A stretch of DNA of 64,000 nucleotides from Heptranchias perlo (lineage: Eukaryota). Positions 23,993 through 35,305 of the stretch are shown here, one piece after another (positions within the stretch are counted from its first letter, which is position 1; every line of letters starts with the position of its first letter). Both the position numbers and the translations under genes were made by a program. The notes below the pieces were generated by a model that had not been told where the DNA came from, did not search any database, and saw only the letters and a program-made list of their open reading frames with translations. Location: positions 6,386,001 through 6,450,000 of the forward strand of contig NC_090352.1 of assembly GCF_035084215.1 (NCBI RefSeq), read 5' to 3'.

Positions 23993-24419
23993 CGGTGCGA
24001 CCTCGAAAATCCCAAATTGTAGCGTGTCGCAAGTAGGAGACACTCCTGTGCCTGCGACTTCACAATCAGCACTCAACTCCCCCGCACCCCCACCCCAAAC
24101 AAGCCACACCGAATTAAGTGGAAACCAAACACATGATCAGAGAGCGTGATTGACAGGCAGCTGATACGTCAGACAGTCTCACTGATCTCGAGTAACAAGT
24201 GGCTGCAACCGCTGTGTGCTCAATCTCTACCCAACCAATCTAAAAAAAACATTTTAAAAAGAGTACATTCAGTTTCGATAAAACAGGCCAAGAGAGTTAG
24301 CCAACTCAACTTGAGATAAACCTTTATGTTTTACTTTTAAAGAATGCTGCCTGGACTGTGAATGAAGTCCACGTCAGTTGCTAAATAGCGAATGTAGAAC
24401 ATAACCACCTCCTAATATT

Positions 24420-25075
24420 TTAGACGTCAGAAGGTGGTTCTTTTCCCAGAGAATAGTGGCCTTGTGGAACAGGCTGCCGCCTAGTGCGGTGAATGCTGAT
24501 TCACTGAATTCTTTCAAGCGAGAGCAGGACCTGTTTCTGGCTGGGGTGGAGATCACCTTGGATAAAAGGTAGGTACCGTATAATATTAATCAGGGCCAGA
24601 GTGATCTCCTGGACTAGGCTCGATAGCAGAAAGGGGACGGAGATGAATTTTCCAGATTTATTTCTCCTAATTGACCTGGGTTTTTAATCTGTTTTTTTCG
24701 CCGGGAGATCACATGCTTTCGGGTAGCGTTGCCAACTCTGGTCGGACGTATTCCTGGAAGTTTCATCACATGACCTCCCGTCCCCAACCTCCCCACTCAG
24801 TCAAACAGCCTTTTTAGCACTTCTCCAATATTTTTATAATAATCAACAAAAGTGTTTGAAGAAAATTTTAAAAAGCAGACAATTGTTTTTTAATACCCCG
24901 ATGTTGCCCCTCGGTTGGTCGCAGCAGTGCCCAAGAGATTAATGTCTAATTCCTGGAGATTCCAGGACAATCCTGGAGAGCTGACAACCTTACTTTCAGG
25001 TGGGGTGGGCAGTGTATATGTTGTGTGGGACAGGCAGGATGGACCAGAGGGTCTTTTGCGGTCAGCCATTGTTAA
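24420..25075 (+). mobile_element. CR1-like LINE 3' end (second family), split by a hAT MITE
   Basis: DVRRWFFSQRIVALWNRLP...FKRE motif; the 3' UTR resumes after 25000. Confidence 0.65.
24724..24992. mobile_element. hAT-type MITE
   Basis: Termini TAGCGTTGCCAAC / GCTGACAACCTTA (TAGGGTTGCCAAC type), flanked by an 8-bp target duplication CTTTCGGG / CTTTCAGG. Confidence 0.8.
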
Positions 25076-25116
25076 CACGATTATAGAACAAATAAAAATT
25101 GTTTGTTTTCCTGTAG

Positions 25117-25371
25117 GTTAAGGCAGACGCCAGACCGTCACCATCGAAGCCATTACACGAGCAGAAACAAGAGCCGCACCCGGTCGCCGGGGAAACGTGA
25201 ACAGCCCAGCGGCCACAACTCGGACAAGAAGAAAAGCTCTTCCTACAGCCCCCGCCGCAAGAGCAGCTCCAGGAGTTCCAGCAGGTCCCCATCCCGCTCG
25301 TGCTCCCGATCGCACGACAAGAGAGACGGGCGGAGCAAGTCATGGTCACCGCCTCGCAAGGAGCTGTCCAG
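25117..25371 (+). CDS. SRRM3: SRRM3 internal coding exon (RS-rich), phase 2 to 2
   Basis: Acceptor TTTGTTTTCCTGTAG|G, donor AG|GTGGGT. Reads LRQTPDRHHRSH...SRSPSRSCSRS...KELSR. Confidence 0.9.
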
Positions 25372-26089
25372 GTGGGTCTCATTATACAACCGCACTGGGT
25401 AGGAGACAGTTCCCGCCACAAATAGCGGGCACATTCGTGCGAACGCGATTTGCCCGCAATACGCACTGGGCGGTATAACAAGATAGTGCTATGACCGTGC
25501 TTCCTTTTAATCTGAGTTTGGTTTGCAGAGTTTCTCCTTGCGTCCCCTATTATCAGTTGGCAGCAGCTGAGGAGAATCTTCTTTTAAGTTCATCATTGCA
25601 TCTTGCATCTTCTGAAATTGTTCAGCCTGAATTTGAGTTTATCCACTTGTTCCATTTCTCGTCCATTGGTAGTTTTTTCAGCTCTTGAAACCAAGATTGT
25701 CTGACGTTATGTTTCAGCCTAGCTGTCTGTCTGTCAATTCTGTTTGGTAGTTCTGGGATATCACCCCTATTCTTGGCAGTAATATCAATGGAGGATCTCT
25801 AGGTTATTTGTGGAATAGCCTCTTAATTTGAAGACATTTTGTCTTATCGAACAAGATCTTGATTCTTGCACTCAGCGGTGAACTAGCAAATAAGCACAGC
25901 TGTTCCTTCCCTAAATAAATGTAGCACTTAAGACGCTATAACCGGCAACTTTGAAATTGTAATAGGTTTGGAGTCCAGTGCTGTGTTCTTCCTTTCCCCA
26001 ACCCACCCTTTACCCTGCGGGCTAATTCCACACTACCAGCAGCAACAAACCTCTGTGCGTGTGCGTGTCCAAGTGACGGCATAGTTATT

Positions 26090-26885
26090 GTGAAGTGAAG
26101 ATGTCAAAGATGGATGTTCCTCTCACATGTCCAGGAAGGACTGTCTGGGTCAGTAGATGCCGGTCCTGGGATAAGGATGGTTGTATATGTAACACGTGAG
26201 GTACAGTCGCTCCTGCTTTTCTTCTCCCCTGAAGCAGTGCTCTTCCTTCTCCAAATCTACGAGTCCCATTGGAACCCTCAAAGGAATTCCTCTCCTGTCC
26301 ACTTTGGTTGCTGCAAGTGAAATGGAAGCAAAAAAATTGTAAGAAAGTAAAAGGTTTGCAGAAGATCAGATCCACACAGCAATGAAAATTGATAAACCAA
26401 TAACAATGCAGATAGGAACTTAGGAAAGGAGCAGGCCATTCAGCCCCTCGAGCCTGGTCCACCAGTCAATTAGATCATGGCTGATCTGTATCTTAACTCC
26501 ATTTACCCGCCTTGGTTTCATATCCCTTAATACCTTTGGTTAACAAAAATCTATCACTCACTTTTGAAATTTTCAATTGATCCCCAGCCTCAACAGCTTT
26601 TGGATGAAAGAATTCCAGATTTCCACTACCCTTTGTGCTTCCTGGCATCACCCCCTGAACGGCCTAGTTCTAATATTAAGATTATACCCCATTGTTCTGG
26701 ACTCCCCCACCAGAGGGAATAGTTTTTCTCTATCTAACCTATCAAACCCTTTAATCATCTTAAACACCTCAATTAGATCACCCCTTAATCTCCTATACTG
26801 AAGGGAATACAAGCCTAGTCTATGCAACAATAGACTGATAAAACAATATAACCAGCAAAAAATTTTAAAAATCACTTTCTCACTG
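26090..26885 (-). repeat. Local duplicate segment, copy 2 (with CR1 insertion at about 26413-26830)
   Basis: Matches 22790-23120. Acceptor at 26311/26310; one base shorter than copy 1 just after the acceptor (CAACCAAAG vs CAACCCAAAG). Confidence 0.85.
26413..26830 (-). mobile_element. CR1 LINE 3' fragment
   Basis: LGLYSLQYRRLRGDLIEVFKMIKGFD motif plus 3' UTR. Confidence 0.85.
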
Positions 26886-27094
26886 GAACATTGATACTCA
26901 TCCTTGGAGATGGCGAGCTTTGTTTCTGGCCCCAGACCTTGCCCAATGACTGGAGAAGGTCACTGCAAACCAGCACGTTAGAACATTACAATTCTGGCCC
27001 ACCCGTAGTCTGGAAAAGTGTGGCTGGTAGAAGCCGGTTGGACTGCGACTCCAGCTCGTCACACCTCTAGACACACTTCTTCACACAGCCAAGG

Positions 27095-28230
27095 GGAAAG
27101 GAAACAAAATTGTAAGTGCTAGAAATGCACAGCGAGTCTGTCCAATCTAAGGTTAACGTTCTAGGTAAACACCCTTTGTCTGAGCTGGAAACTGGAAGGT
27201 GAAAGTAAGGCAGTGAATAGGTGTAGGAATGATGCAGCACAATCCCGTGATTTTGGGATATTTTTCTTGCATTTCTTGCCATTTTTGAGTATCTTTCCCA
27301 CCCATTGTCACTGCCTTATTTAACTCTTTACACCCCCTTTAATATCTATGCTGCTTCATTGCCTCACTGATCTTTGTACATCATCTGTCACTTTTTTATT
27401 TCTTTCCACCTTTTCATAGAGTCATACAGCACAGAAGGAGGCCCTTCTGCCCATCGTGCCTGTGCCAGCTTTGTGAAGAGCTATCCAATTAGTCCCACTC
27501 CCCCGCTCTTTCCCCATAGCCCCTCAAATTTCTCCTTTTTAAGTATATACCCTTAGAACAGAGAAGGTTAAGGGAAGATTAGATAGAGGTGCTCAAGATC
27601 GTGAACGGTTTTGATAGAGTAAATACGGAGAAACTGTTTCCAGTGGCAGAAGGGTCGGTAACCAGAGGACACAGATTTAAGGTGATTGTCAAAAGAGCCA
27701 GAGGTGAGAAGAGGAAACATTTTTTTAAGCAGCAGGTTATAATGACCTGGAATGCACTGCCTGAATTCCCTTTTGAAAGTTACTATTGAATCTGCTTCCA
27801 CCACCCTTTCAGGCAGTGCATTCCAGATCAGAACAACTCACTGCCTTAAAAAAATTCTCCCCATCTCCCCCCTAGGTTCTTGTGCCAATTATCTTAAATC
27901 TGTGTCCTCTGGTTACCAACCGCCCTGCCAGTGAAATCAGTTTCTCGTTATTTACTGTATCAAAACAACTAGTTTGCTGCCCAGTCACCCCGTTAACTCC
28001 TTTCTCTGTAAGACGAGCGGGCAGACCTCAGTATCTTCCTAATGTTCTCTTCATCTCCCCCCGCCCCTCACTTTGTTTTGGTCAGTCTTATTCAGGGACT
28101 CGCTTATGTTTCAGCTCTGACGAAGGATTTACACCTGAAACACAAACTTGTCTTTTCTCTCCTCAGATGCTGTCGGATCAGCTGTGTATTTCCAACATTT
28201 TCTGCTTTTCTTTCAGATTTCCAACACGTG
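27095..28230. mobile_element. Penelope-like element remnant with inverted terminal segments
   Basis: Left arm GTTAACGTTCTAGG...CCCTTTGTCTGAGCTG (27151-27189) mirrors right arm CAGCTCTGACGAAGG...CCTGAAAC...GTATTTCCAACATTTTCTG (28112-28205). Confidence 0.55.
27415..27965. mobile_element. Nested opposite-orientation CR1 fragments
   Basis: Minus-strand CR1 3' end (27415-27552, resuming at 27765-27965) with a plus-strand CR1 piece at 27553-27764. Confidence 0.8.
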
Positions 28231-28729
28231 AATTTTTTAACATTCCTTTATTTATTTATTCATATGGCTCTCTGTCCCTTTTGAGTCAGCGCTAAGATTG
28301 TCAGCATTGGCAGTGCGGCAATGTAAAAAAAAATCCAGAATCTGCTGTAGCTCATGGTGCTTTCTCACTGTCATCCCCCGATTCCAGTTATTCCATCAAG
28401 TACTCTTACAGCAGTGCAGTAGTGTGAAAGTACAAACATCTGGCTGCACTGTTCAAAATATTAACCCTGCCCCAACAATGCCATCCAAAGTGCACGCCAG
28501 CTCCCTCTGCTGGATCACCAAAGCACAGCACTAACTGTTATATGATACAAGGCTGTCCCGTTTAACGCATGAAACCCACAATGTCCTATCAGCCTGCAGT
28601 TAGAACTTTTTTTATATAAACACAGTTTGCTTCACTCTGCGCTAAAGGGACTGATTGCCTTTTTATCAATTAATTGGTGCAAATTCATACTTGTTGAGAT
28701 TTAGTCACCCAGCACTGTCTCCCGAGCAG

Positions 28730-29716
28730 CATAAGAACATAAGAACATAAGAAATAGGAGCAGGAGTAGGCCAATCGGCCCCTCGAGCCTGCTCCGCCAT
28801 TCAATAAGATCATGGCTGATCAGATCCTAATCTCAAATCTAAATTCATGTCCAATTTCCTGCCCGCTCCCTGTAACCCCTAATTCCCTTTACTTCTAGGA
28901 AACTGTCTATTTCTGTTTTAAATTTATTTAATGATGTAGCTTCCACAGCTTCCTGGGGCAGCAAATTCCACAGACCCACCACCCTCTGAGTGAAGAAGTT
29001 TCTCCTCATCTCAGTTTTGAAAGAGCAGCCCCTTATTCTAAGATTATGCCCCCTAGTTCTAGTTTCACCCATCCTTGGGAACATCCTTACCGCATCCACC
29101 CGATCAAGCCCCTTCACAATCTTATATGTTTCAATAAGATCGCCTCTCATTCTTCTGAACTCCAATGAGTAGAGTCCCAATCTACTCAACCTCTCCTCAT
29201 ATGTCCACCCCCTCATCCCCGGGATTAACCGAGTGAACCTTCTTTGTACTGCCTCGAGAGCAAGTATGTCTTTTCTTAAGTATGGAGACCAAAACTGTAT
29301 GCAGTATTCCAGGTGCGGTCTCACCAATACCTTATATAACTGCAGCAATACCTCCCTGTTTTTATATCCCCCGAGCAATAAAAGCCAACATTCCGTTGGC
29401 CTTCTTGATCACCTGCTGCACCTGCATACTAACTTTTTGATCTTCTTGCACTAGGACCCCCAGATCCCTTTGTACTGCAGTACTTTCCAGTTTCTCGCTA
29501 TTAAGATAATAACTTGCTCTCTGATTTTTCCTGCCAAAGTGCATAACCTCACATTTTCCAATATTGTATTGCATCTGCCAAATCTCCGCCCACTCACCCA
29601 ACCTGTCTATATCCCCCTGTAGGTTTTTTATGTCCTCCTCACTCTCCACTTTCCCTCCCATCTTTGTATCATCTGCAAACTTTGATACGTTACACTCAGT
29701 CCCCTCCTCCAAATCG
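28730..29716 (-). mobile_element. 5'-truncated CR1 LINE (frameshifted RT C-terminus)
   Basis: KFADDTK and LYKVLVRPHLEYCIQFWSP motifs lie in two different frames. (CATAAGAA)n tail at 28730. Confidence 0.93.
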
Positions 29717-29726
29717 CACTACCTTT

Positions 29727-29990
29727 TCATAGAATGATACAGCATAGAAGGAGGCCATTTGGCCCATCGTGCCTGTGCAGGCTATTTGAAAGAGCAATCC
29801 AATTAGTCCCACCCCCCCTTTCCCCTTAGCCCTGCAATTATTTTTCCTTTTCAAGTATTTATCCATTTTCCTTTTGAAAGTTATTATTGAATCTGCTTCT
29901 GCCGCCCTTTCATGCAGCGCATTCCAGATCGTAACAACTCGCTGCGTAACTAAAGAATTTCCTCAACTCCCCTCTGGCTCTTTTGCCTTT
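29727..29990 (-). mobile_element. CR1 3' fragment
   Basis: Same 3' UTR as the copies at 27415 and 42665. Confidence 0.8.
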
Positions 29991-31029
29991 TCTGTTTCTT
30001 CTCGGAGCAGATCTGTAATACAACCTGAAATGACCCCTTTACCTTCGGGCAAAATACCACTTCACACAACACTGTATGTCAGAATAGAGATGGGGTGAAA
30101 CTGAGAGATGGGGTGACTCTAAATTGTGGCATTTGGTTTCTGTTGCTTTCCAGCATTGGCCTGAGAAACCCAGATAATTATTTTTACACGTTTGCGTTAA
30201 GAACAAGCCAGGGTGTTGTGAGTGACGTGTGTTAGAAGAATTGAAAAGGGGCCTAAGAAAAATATTGTGTCTCACCATTTGGGTGCCTTTTTAAAAAAAA
30301 TGACAAACCAATTTTCATTAACATGAGGATCCCTTTAGTTCTATCCATTTTGATTAGTTTTAAATCCATGGAATGCTGGCTTGGAAGGGTCAATGAACCC
30401 AACATCGTTGCGACCCTGAATTACCAAGCACAGCCCAGACTGATCATCCCCGGGTTCATGACTCTCCACATGTGTTAGTTCAGCTCCCTATTGCTGGGCC
30501 CACTAACTCCTTTCAGCCTGCTTACTTTATGATGTCACTGTTTTAACAAAATATTATCAAAAAATTGACAGAGATGGACTCAAAATGATATTAATTATAA
30601 TTCTTTAAAAAAAATTCAAATCATTGAAAAGGTCCCCTGATTTCCTCTTTTTTAAGAAAAGTACTGAAGGTGCTGATTCTTGCTGGGGTGTCAGCCGCCC
30701 CGGTATTCACCCGTGTGTGAGCCCAGGCACTGAATGTTGGCCGGCTGTTCACCAGTGGAGGCATCACAGCCAAGTCCAATTCTATGCTGTCCACCAGGAG
30801 TTGCTAAATAATGGCAAGGTGCGAGACCTCTGGCTGATTTGCTTTTCCTCTCACCAACCGAGAGACAGTGAAGCCCCTCGCGGAGGTCAGCTCGGCCCAG
30901 AAATCGGACTTGAGCTATCGATGGTCCGTTCTGCTCAGGTGAAACGAATCAGAGAAGGAGTTATGGCCGACAGGGACCCTCTTCGATTCCTGCCTGTGTG
31001 ATCGTCCGTTCACTTTCTCTTTGTGACAG

Positions 31030-31167
31030 AGAAAGAGATGGTGACGTTGGGCCGCGACATCACGACTCCGAGGCGGAGAGACATCGTCGCCGCTCAAGAA
31101 GCTATTCACCAATTAGGAAACGGAGGCGGGACTCGCCAAGTTTTATGGAGCCGCGTCGGATTACAAG
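31030..31167 (+). CDS. SRRM3: SRRM3 penultimate coding exon, N-half of eMIC domain, phase 2 to 2
   Basis: Acceptor TTTCTCTTTGTGACAG|A, donor AG|GTACAC. Reads RRRSRSYSPIRKRRRDSPSFMEPRRIT. As I recall, SFMEP is the SRRM3 form and SRRM4 has SHLEA here. Confidence 0.95.
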
Positions 31168-32759
31168 GTACACCATTGGGAGCCTCCATTTGTTACTCTT
31201 CAGTGGGGTTTTCTTTTTAGGATTTTAGGCATGGAGTTAATGAAGAAAGTGTCAAAAGGGAAGAAATATTCACTGACTCTGTATTCATTTCAGCTATTCA
31301 GATGTATACCTATTTCATCATATCGTGAGTACAGTGACATTTCAGCACAATTATACGGGATATTATAATGGATTCCCTGCATGTTAGACCTTCGAATGGC
31401 AATTTGTGTATTTTTTCCTTTACTATTTATCCTCATTTGTAATACCGATGACGATCTAAGTCCTCTTCAGTATGTGTATCAATGGGGGGGGGCGGGGGGT
31501 GGGTGAGAAGAATGTGCACTTTATGAATTAGTTTATGTGTTTTTAATATAATAATGAGTAAAAGTTCTGCCGTGGTCCTTCCCGACATCTGTATTTGAAC
31601 ATCTACTCATTATAGTTGACTATTTCACTGCCAGCCTGCATGCAGTGTACAGTTCAAAATAAATTGAAGGAATGGATGGCTGTCTAACCCTGATCAACTC
31701 CGCAGCTGCGGTCATCGCTAGCAAGAAACCCATGATCCTAGTACAGGGTGTGTGTGTGTGTGTGTGAGATAGACTGGCCATCAGAGGTGAAGCCATGTTC
31801 CTTGTTTCAGTTACCTTGGCAGGAGATCTGGCAGAGTTGCAGCATGAATGGCTGAGCACTAAGTAAGAGTGAGCCTGGTTTCAGGTATCATGATGCCACA
31901 CTGGACGTTTGCAGAATCGCTGCCCCCACTCCGCTGATTGCCCATCTTCCATATTACATGGAGAGCTAACAAATCCAATGGGGCGTTGTCATCCAGCTGG
32001 TCTCGCATGCCCCCTGGTAGCCAAGTAACAGTGGCATTGCAGTGGCATGAGAGCAGGCTGCCCACCCTGCCTCCAGACCCTGTAGGAGGTGTACAGTCCG
32101 AGCTGGGTGGGGTGGGAATGCAAGGAAAGACCCACAAGAGAAAAATGGGACCAAAAAAATTTAATGGCAATAAAACGTTGATGTCACGGGTATGTGTCAT
32201 TTCAAAGACACAGCGTTTGTCACAGTTATCATCATATAGAACCCAATCCTAGCAAGACCTTCCTCATCTCAGCATCAATTGTCTATTAAAGGTCTTGCAT
32301 AAAGCACACACTTCCTGTAATTGTCACACTTACTTCCTGTCATACCTTCCCTGTTGTTATAAAACAGCATATCCTCCAACTCACTTTGAGCAATGAGGTG
32401 ATCTGTTAGTATTTCAGTAAAATTGCCTGCAGTGGTTTCCAGATGTTAAATGCAATGATCTATCAAACAAATATACAACCAAGAGCCAAAAGCAACTCAA
32501 TTGGCACACAAAGGAGACCAAGTACATGCTCTTTGGAGGCATACAAAGGGAGTGTCGAGAATGTAGACTAATGTCCAATCTAATAGAGGGAGTTAGCAGG
32601 GTTGTTGGGGTACATGATCAGATGAATCCATCCAAAGACCGCTGTTGGGGGGGGGGGTGGGGGGGGCAGGGGGGGTGGTAGAGCAGTAGAACTTGCATGG
32701 CTCCATCTTTGTACTCAATATGTTGGCCTCTCTACAGACACGGACCCGGAATAAGTCAC

Positions 32760-35305
32760 TCTTCAGCCATGAATCAGTCCTCCTCCATGTTGAGCACCAC
32801 TTGGAGGAAGCACTGAGGGTAGCAAAGGCACAGAATGTACTCTGGGTGGGGGACTTCAATGTCCATCACTAAGAGTGGCTCGGTAGCACCACTACTGACC
32901 GAGCTGGCCGAATCCTGAAGGACATAACTGCCAGACTGGGCCTGCGGCAGGTGGTGAGTGAACCAACACGAGGGAAAAACTTACTTGACCTCGTCTTCAC
33001 CAATCTACCTGTCGCAAATGCATCTGTCCATGACAGTATTGGTAGGAGTGACCACCGCACAGTCCTCGTGGAGACAAAGTCCCGTCTTTGCACTGAGGAC
33101 ACCATCCAACGTGTTGTGTGGCACTAACACTGTGCTAAATGGGACAGATTCAGAACAGATCCAGCAGCTCAAAACTGGGCATCCATGAGACACTATGGGC
33201 CATCAGCAGCAGCAGAATTGTATTCCAGCACAATCTGTAACCTCATGGCCCGGCATATTCCTCACTCGACCATTGCCAACAAGCCAGGGGATCAACCCTT
33301 GTTCAACGAGGAATGTAGAAGAGCATGCCAGGAGCAGCACCAGGCGTACCTAAAAATAAGGTGCCAACCTGGTGAAGCTACAACTCAGGACTACATGCAT
33401 GCTAAACAGTGGAAGCAACATGCTATAGACAGAGCTAAGCGATTCCACAACCAACGGATCAGATCAAAGCTCTGCAGTCCTGCCACATCCAGTCGTGAAT
33501 GGTGGTGGACAATTAAACAACTAACGGGAGGAGGAGGCTCTGCAAACAGCCCCATCCTCAATGATGGCGGAGTCCAGCACATGAGTGCAAAAAACAAGGC
33601 TGAAGCGTTTGCAACCATCTTCAGCCAGAAGTGCCAAGTGAATGATCCATCTCGGCCTCCTCCCAATATCCCCACCATCACAGAAGCCAGTCTTCAGCCA
33701 ATTCGATTCACTCCATGTGATATCAAGAAATGGCTGAGTGCACTGGATACAGCAAAAGGCTATGGGCCCCGACAACATCCCAGCTGTAGTGCTGAAGACT
33801 TGTGCTCCAGAACTAGCTGCGCCTCTAGCCAAGCTGTTCCAGTACAGCTACAATACTGGCATCTACCCGACAATGTGGAAAATTGCCCAGGTATGTCCTG
33901 TCCACAAAAAGCAGGACAAATTCAATCCGGCCAATTACCACCCCATCAGTCTACTCTCAATCATCAGCAAAGTGATGGAAGGTGTCGTCGACAGTGCTAT
34001 CAAGCAGCACTTACTCACCAATAACCTGCTCACCGATGCTCAGTTTGGGTTCCGCCAGGACCACTCGGCTCCAGACCTCATTACAGCCTTGGTCCAAACA
34101 TGGACAAAAGAGCTGAATTCCAGGAGGTGAGGTGAGGTGAGTGTGACTGCCCTTGACATCAAGGCAGCATTTGACCGAGTGTGGCACCAAGGAGCCCTAG
34201 TAAAATTGAAGTCAATGGGAATCAGGGGGAAAACTCTCCAGTGGCTGGAGTCAAACTTAGCACAAAGGAAGATGGTAGTGGTTGTTGGAGGCCAATCATC
34301 TCAGCCCCAGGGTATTGCTGCAGGAGTTCCTCAGGGCAGTGTCCTAGGCCCAACCATCTTCAGCTGCTTCATCAATGACTTTCCCTCCATCATAAGGTCA
34401 GAAATAGGGATGCTCGCTGATGATTGCACAGTGTTCAGTTCCATTCGCAACCCCTCAAATGATGAAGTCCGAGCCTGCATGCAGCAAGACCTGGACAACA
34501 TCCAGGCTTGGGCTGATAAGTGGCAAGTAACATTCGCACCAGACAAGTGCCAGGCAATGACCATCTCCAACAAGAGAGAGTCTAACCACCTCCCCTTGAC
34601 ATTCAACGGCATTACCATCGCCAAATCCACCACCATCAACATCCTGGGGGTCACCATTGACCAGAAACTTAACTGGACCAGCCATGTAAATACTGTGGCT
34701 ACAAGAGCAGGTCAGAGGCTTGTTATTCTGCGGCGAGTGACTCACCTCCTGACTCCCCAAAGCCTTTCCACCATCTACAAGGCACAAGTCAGGAGTGTAA
34801 TGGAATACTCTCCACTTGCTTGGATGAGTGCAGCTCCAACAACACTCAAGAAGCTCGACACCATCCAGGACAAAGCAGCCCGCTTGATTGGCACCCCATC
34901 CACCACCCTAAACATTCACTCCCTTCACCACCGGCGCACTGTGGCTGCAGTGTGCACCATCCACAGGATGCACTGCAGTAACTCGCCAAGGCTTCTTCGG
35001 CAGCACCTCCCAAACCCATGACCTCTACTATCTAGAAGGACAAGGGCAGCAGGCAAATGGGAACACCACCTGTACATTCCCCTCCAAGTTACACACCATC
35101 CCGACTTGGAAATATATCGCATTCCTTCATTGTCACTGGGTCAAAATCCTGGAACTCCCTACCTAACAGCACTGTGGGAGAACCTTCACCACACGGACTG
35201 CAGCGGTTCAAGAAGGCGGCTCACCACCACCTTCTCAAGGGCAATTAGGGATGGGCAATAAATGCCGGCCTTGCCAGCGACGCCCACATCCCATGAATGA
35301 ATAAT
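32760..35305 (+). mobile_element. 5'-truncated non-LTR retrotransposon (CR1/L2 group, distinct family), disrupted EN-RT ORF2
   Basis: Endonuclease motifs GDFN, LDL and SDH, then GPDNIP, YHPISLLS, ALDIKAAFDRVWH, GVPQGSVLGP and LADD. Contains stops and frameshifts; tail CCCATGAATGAAT. Confidence 0.93.

Noticed and set aside
33185-35021. Three consecutive ORFs as an operon-like unit
   Set aside because: They are fragments of one LINE ORF2 broken by frameshifts and stops.
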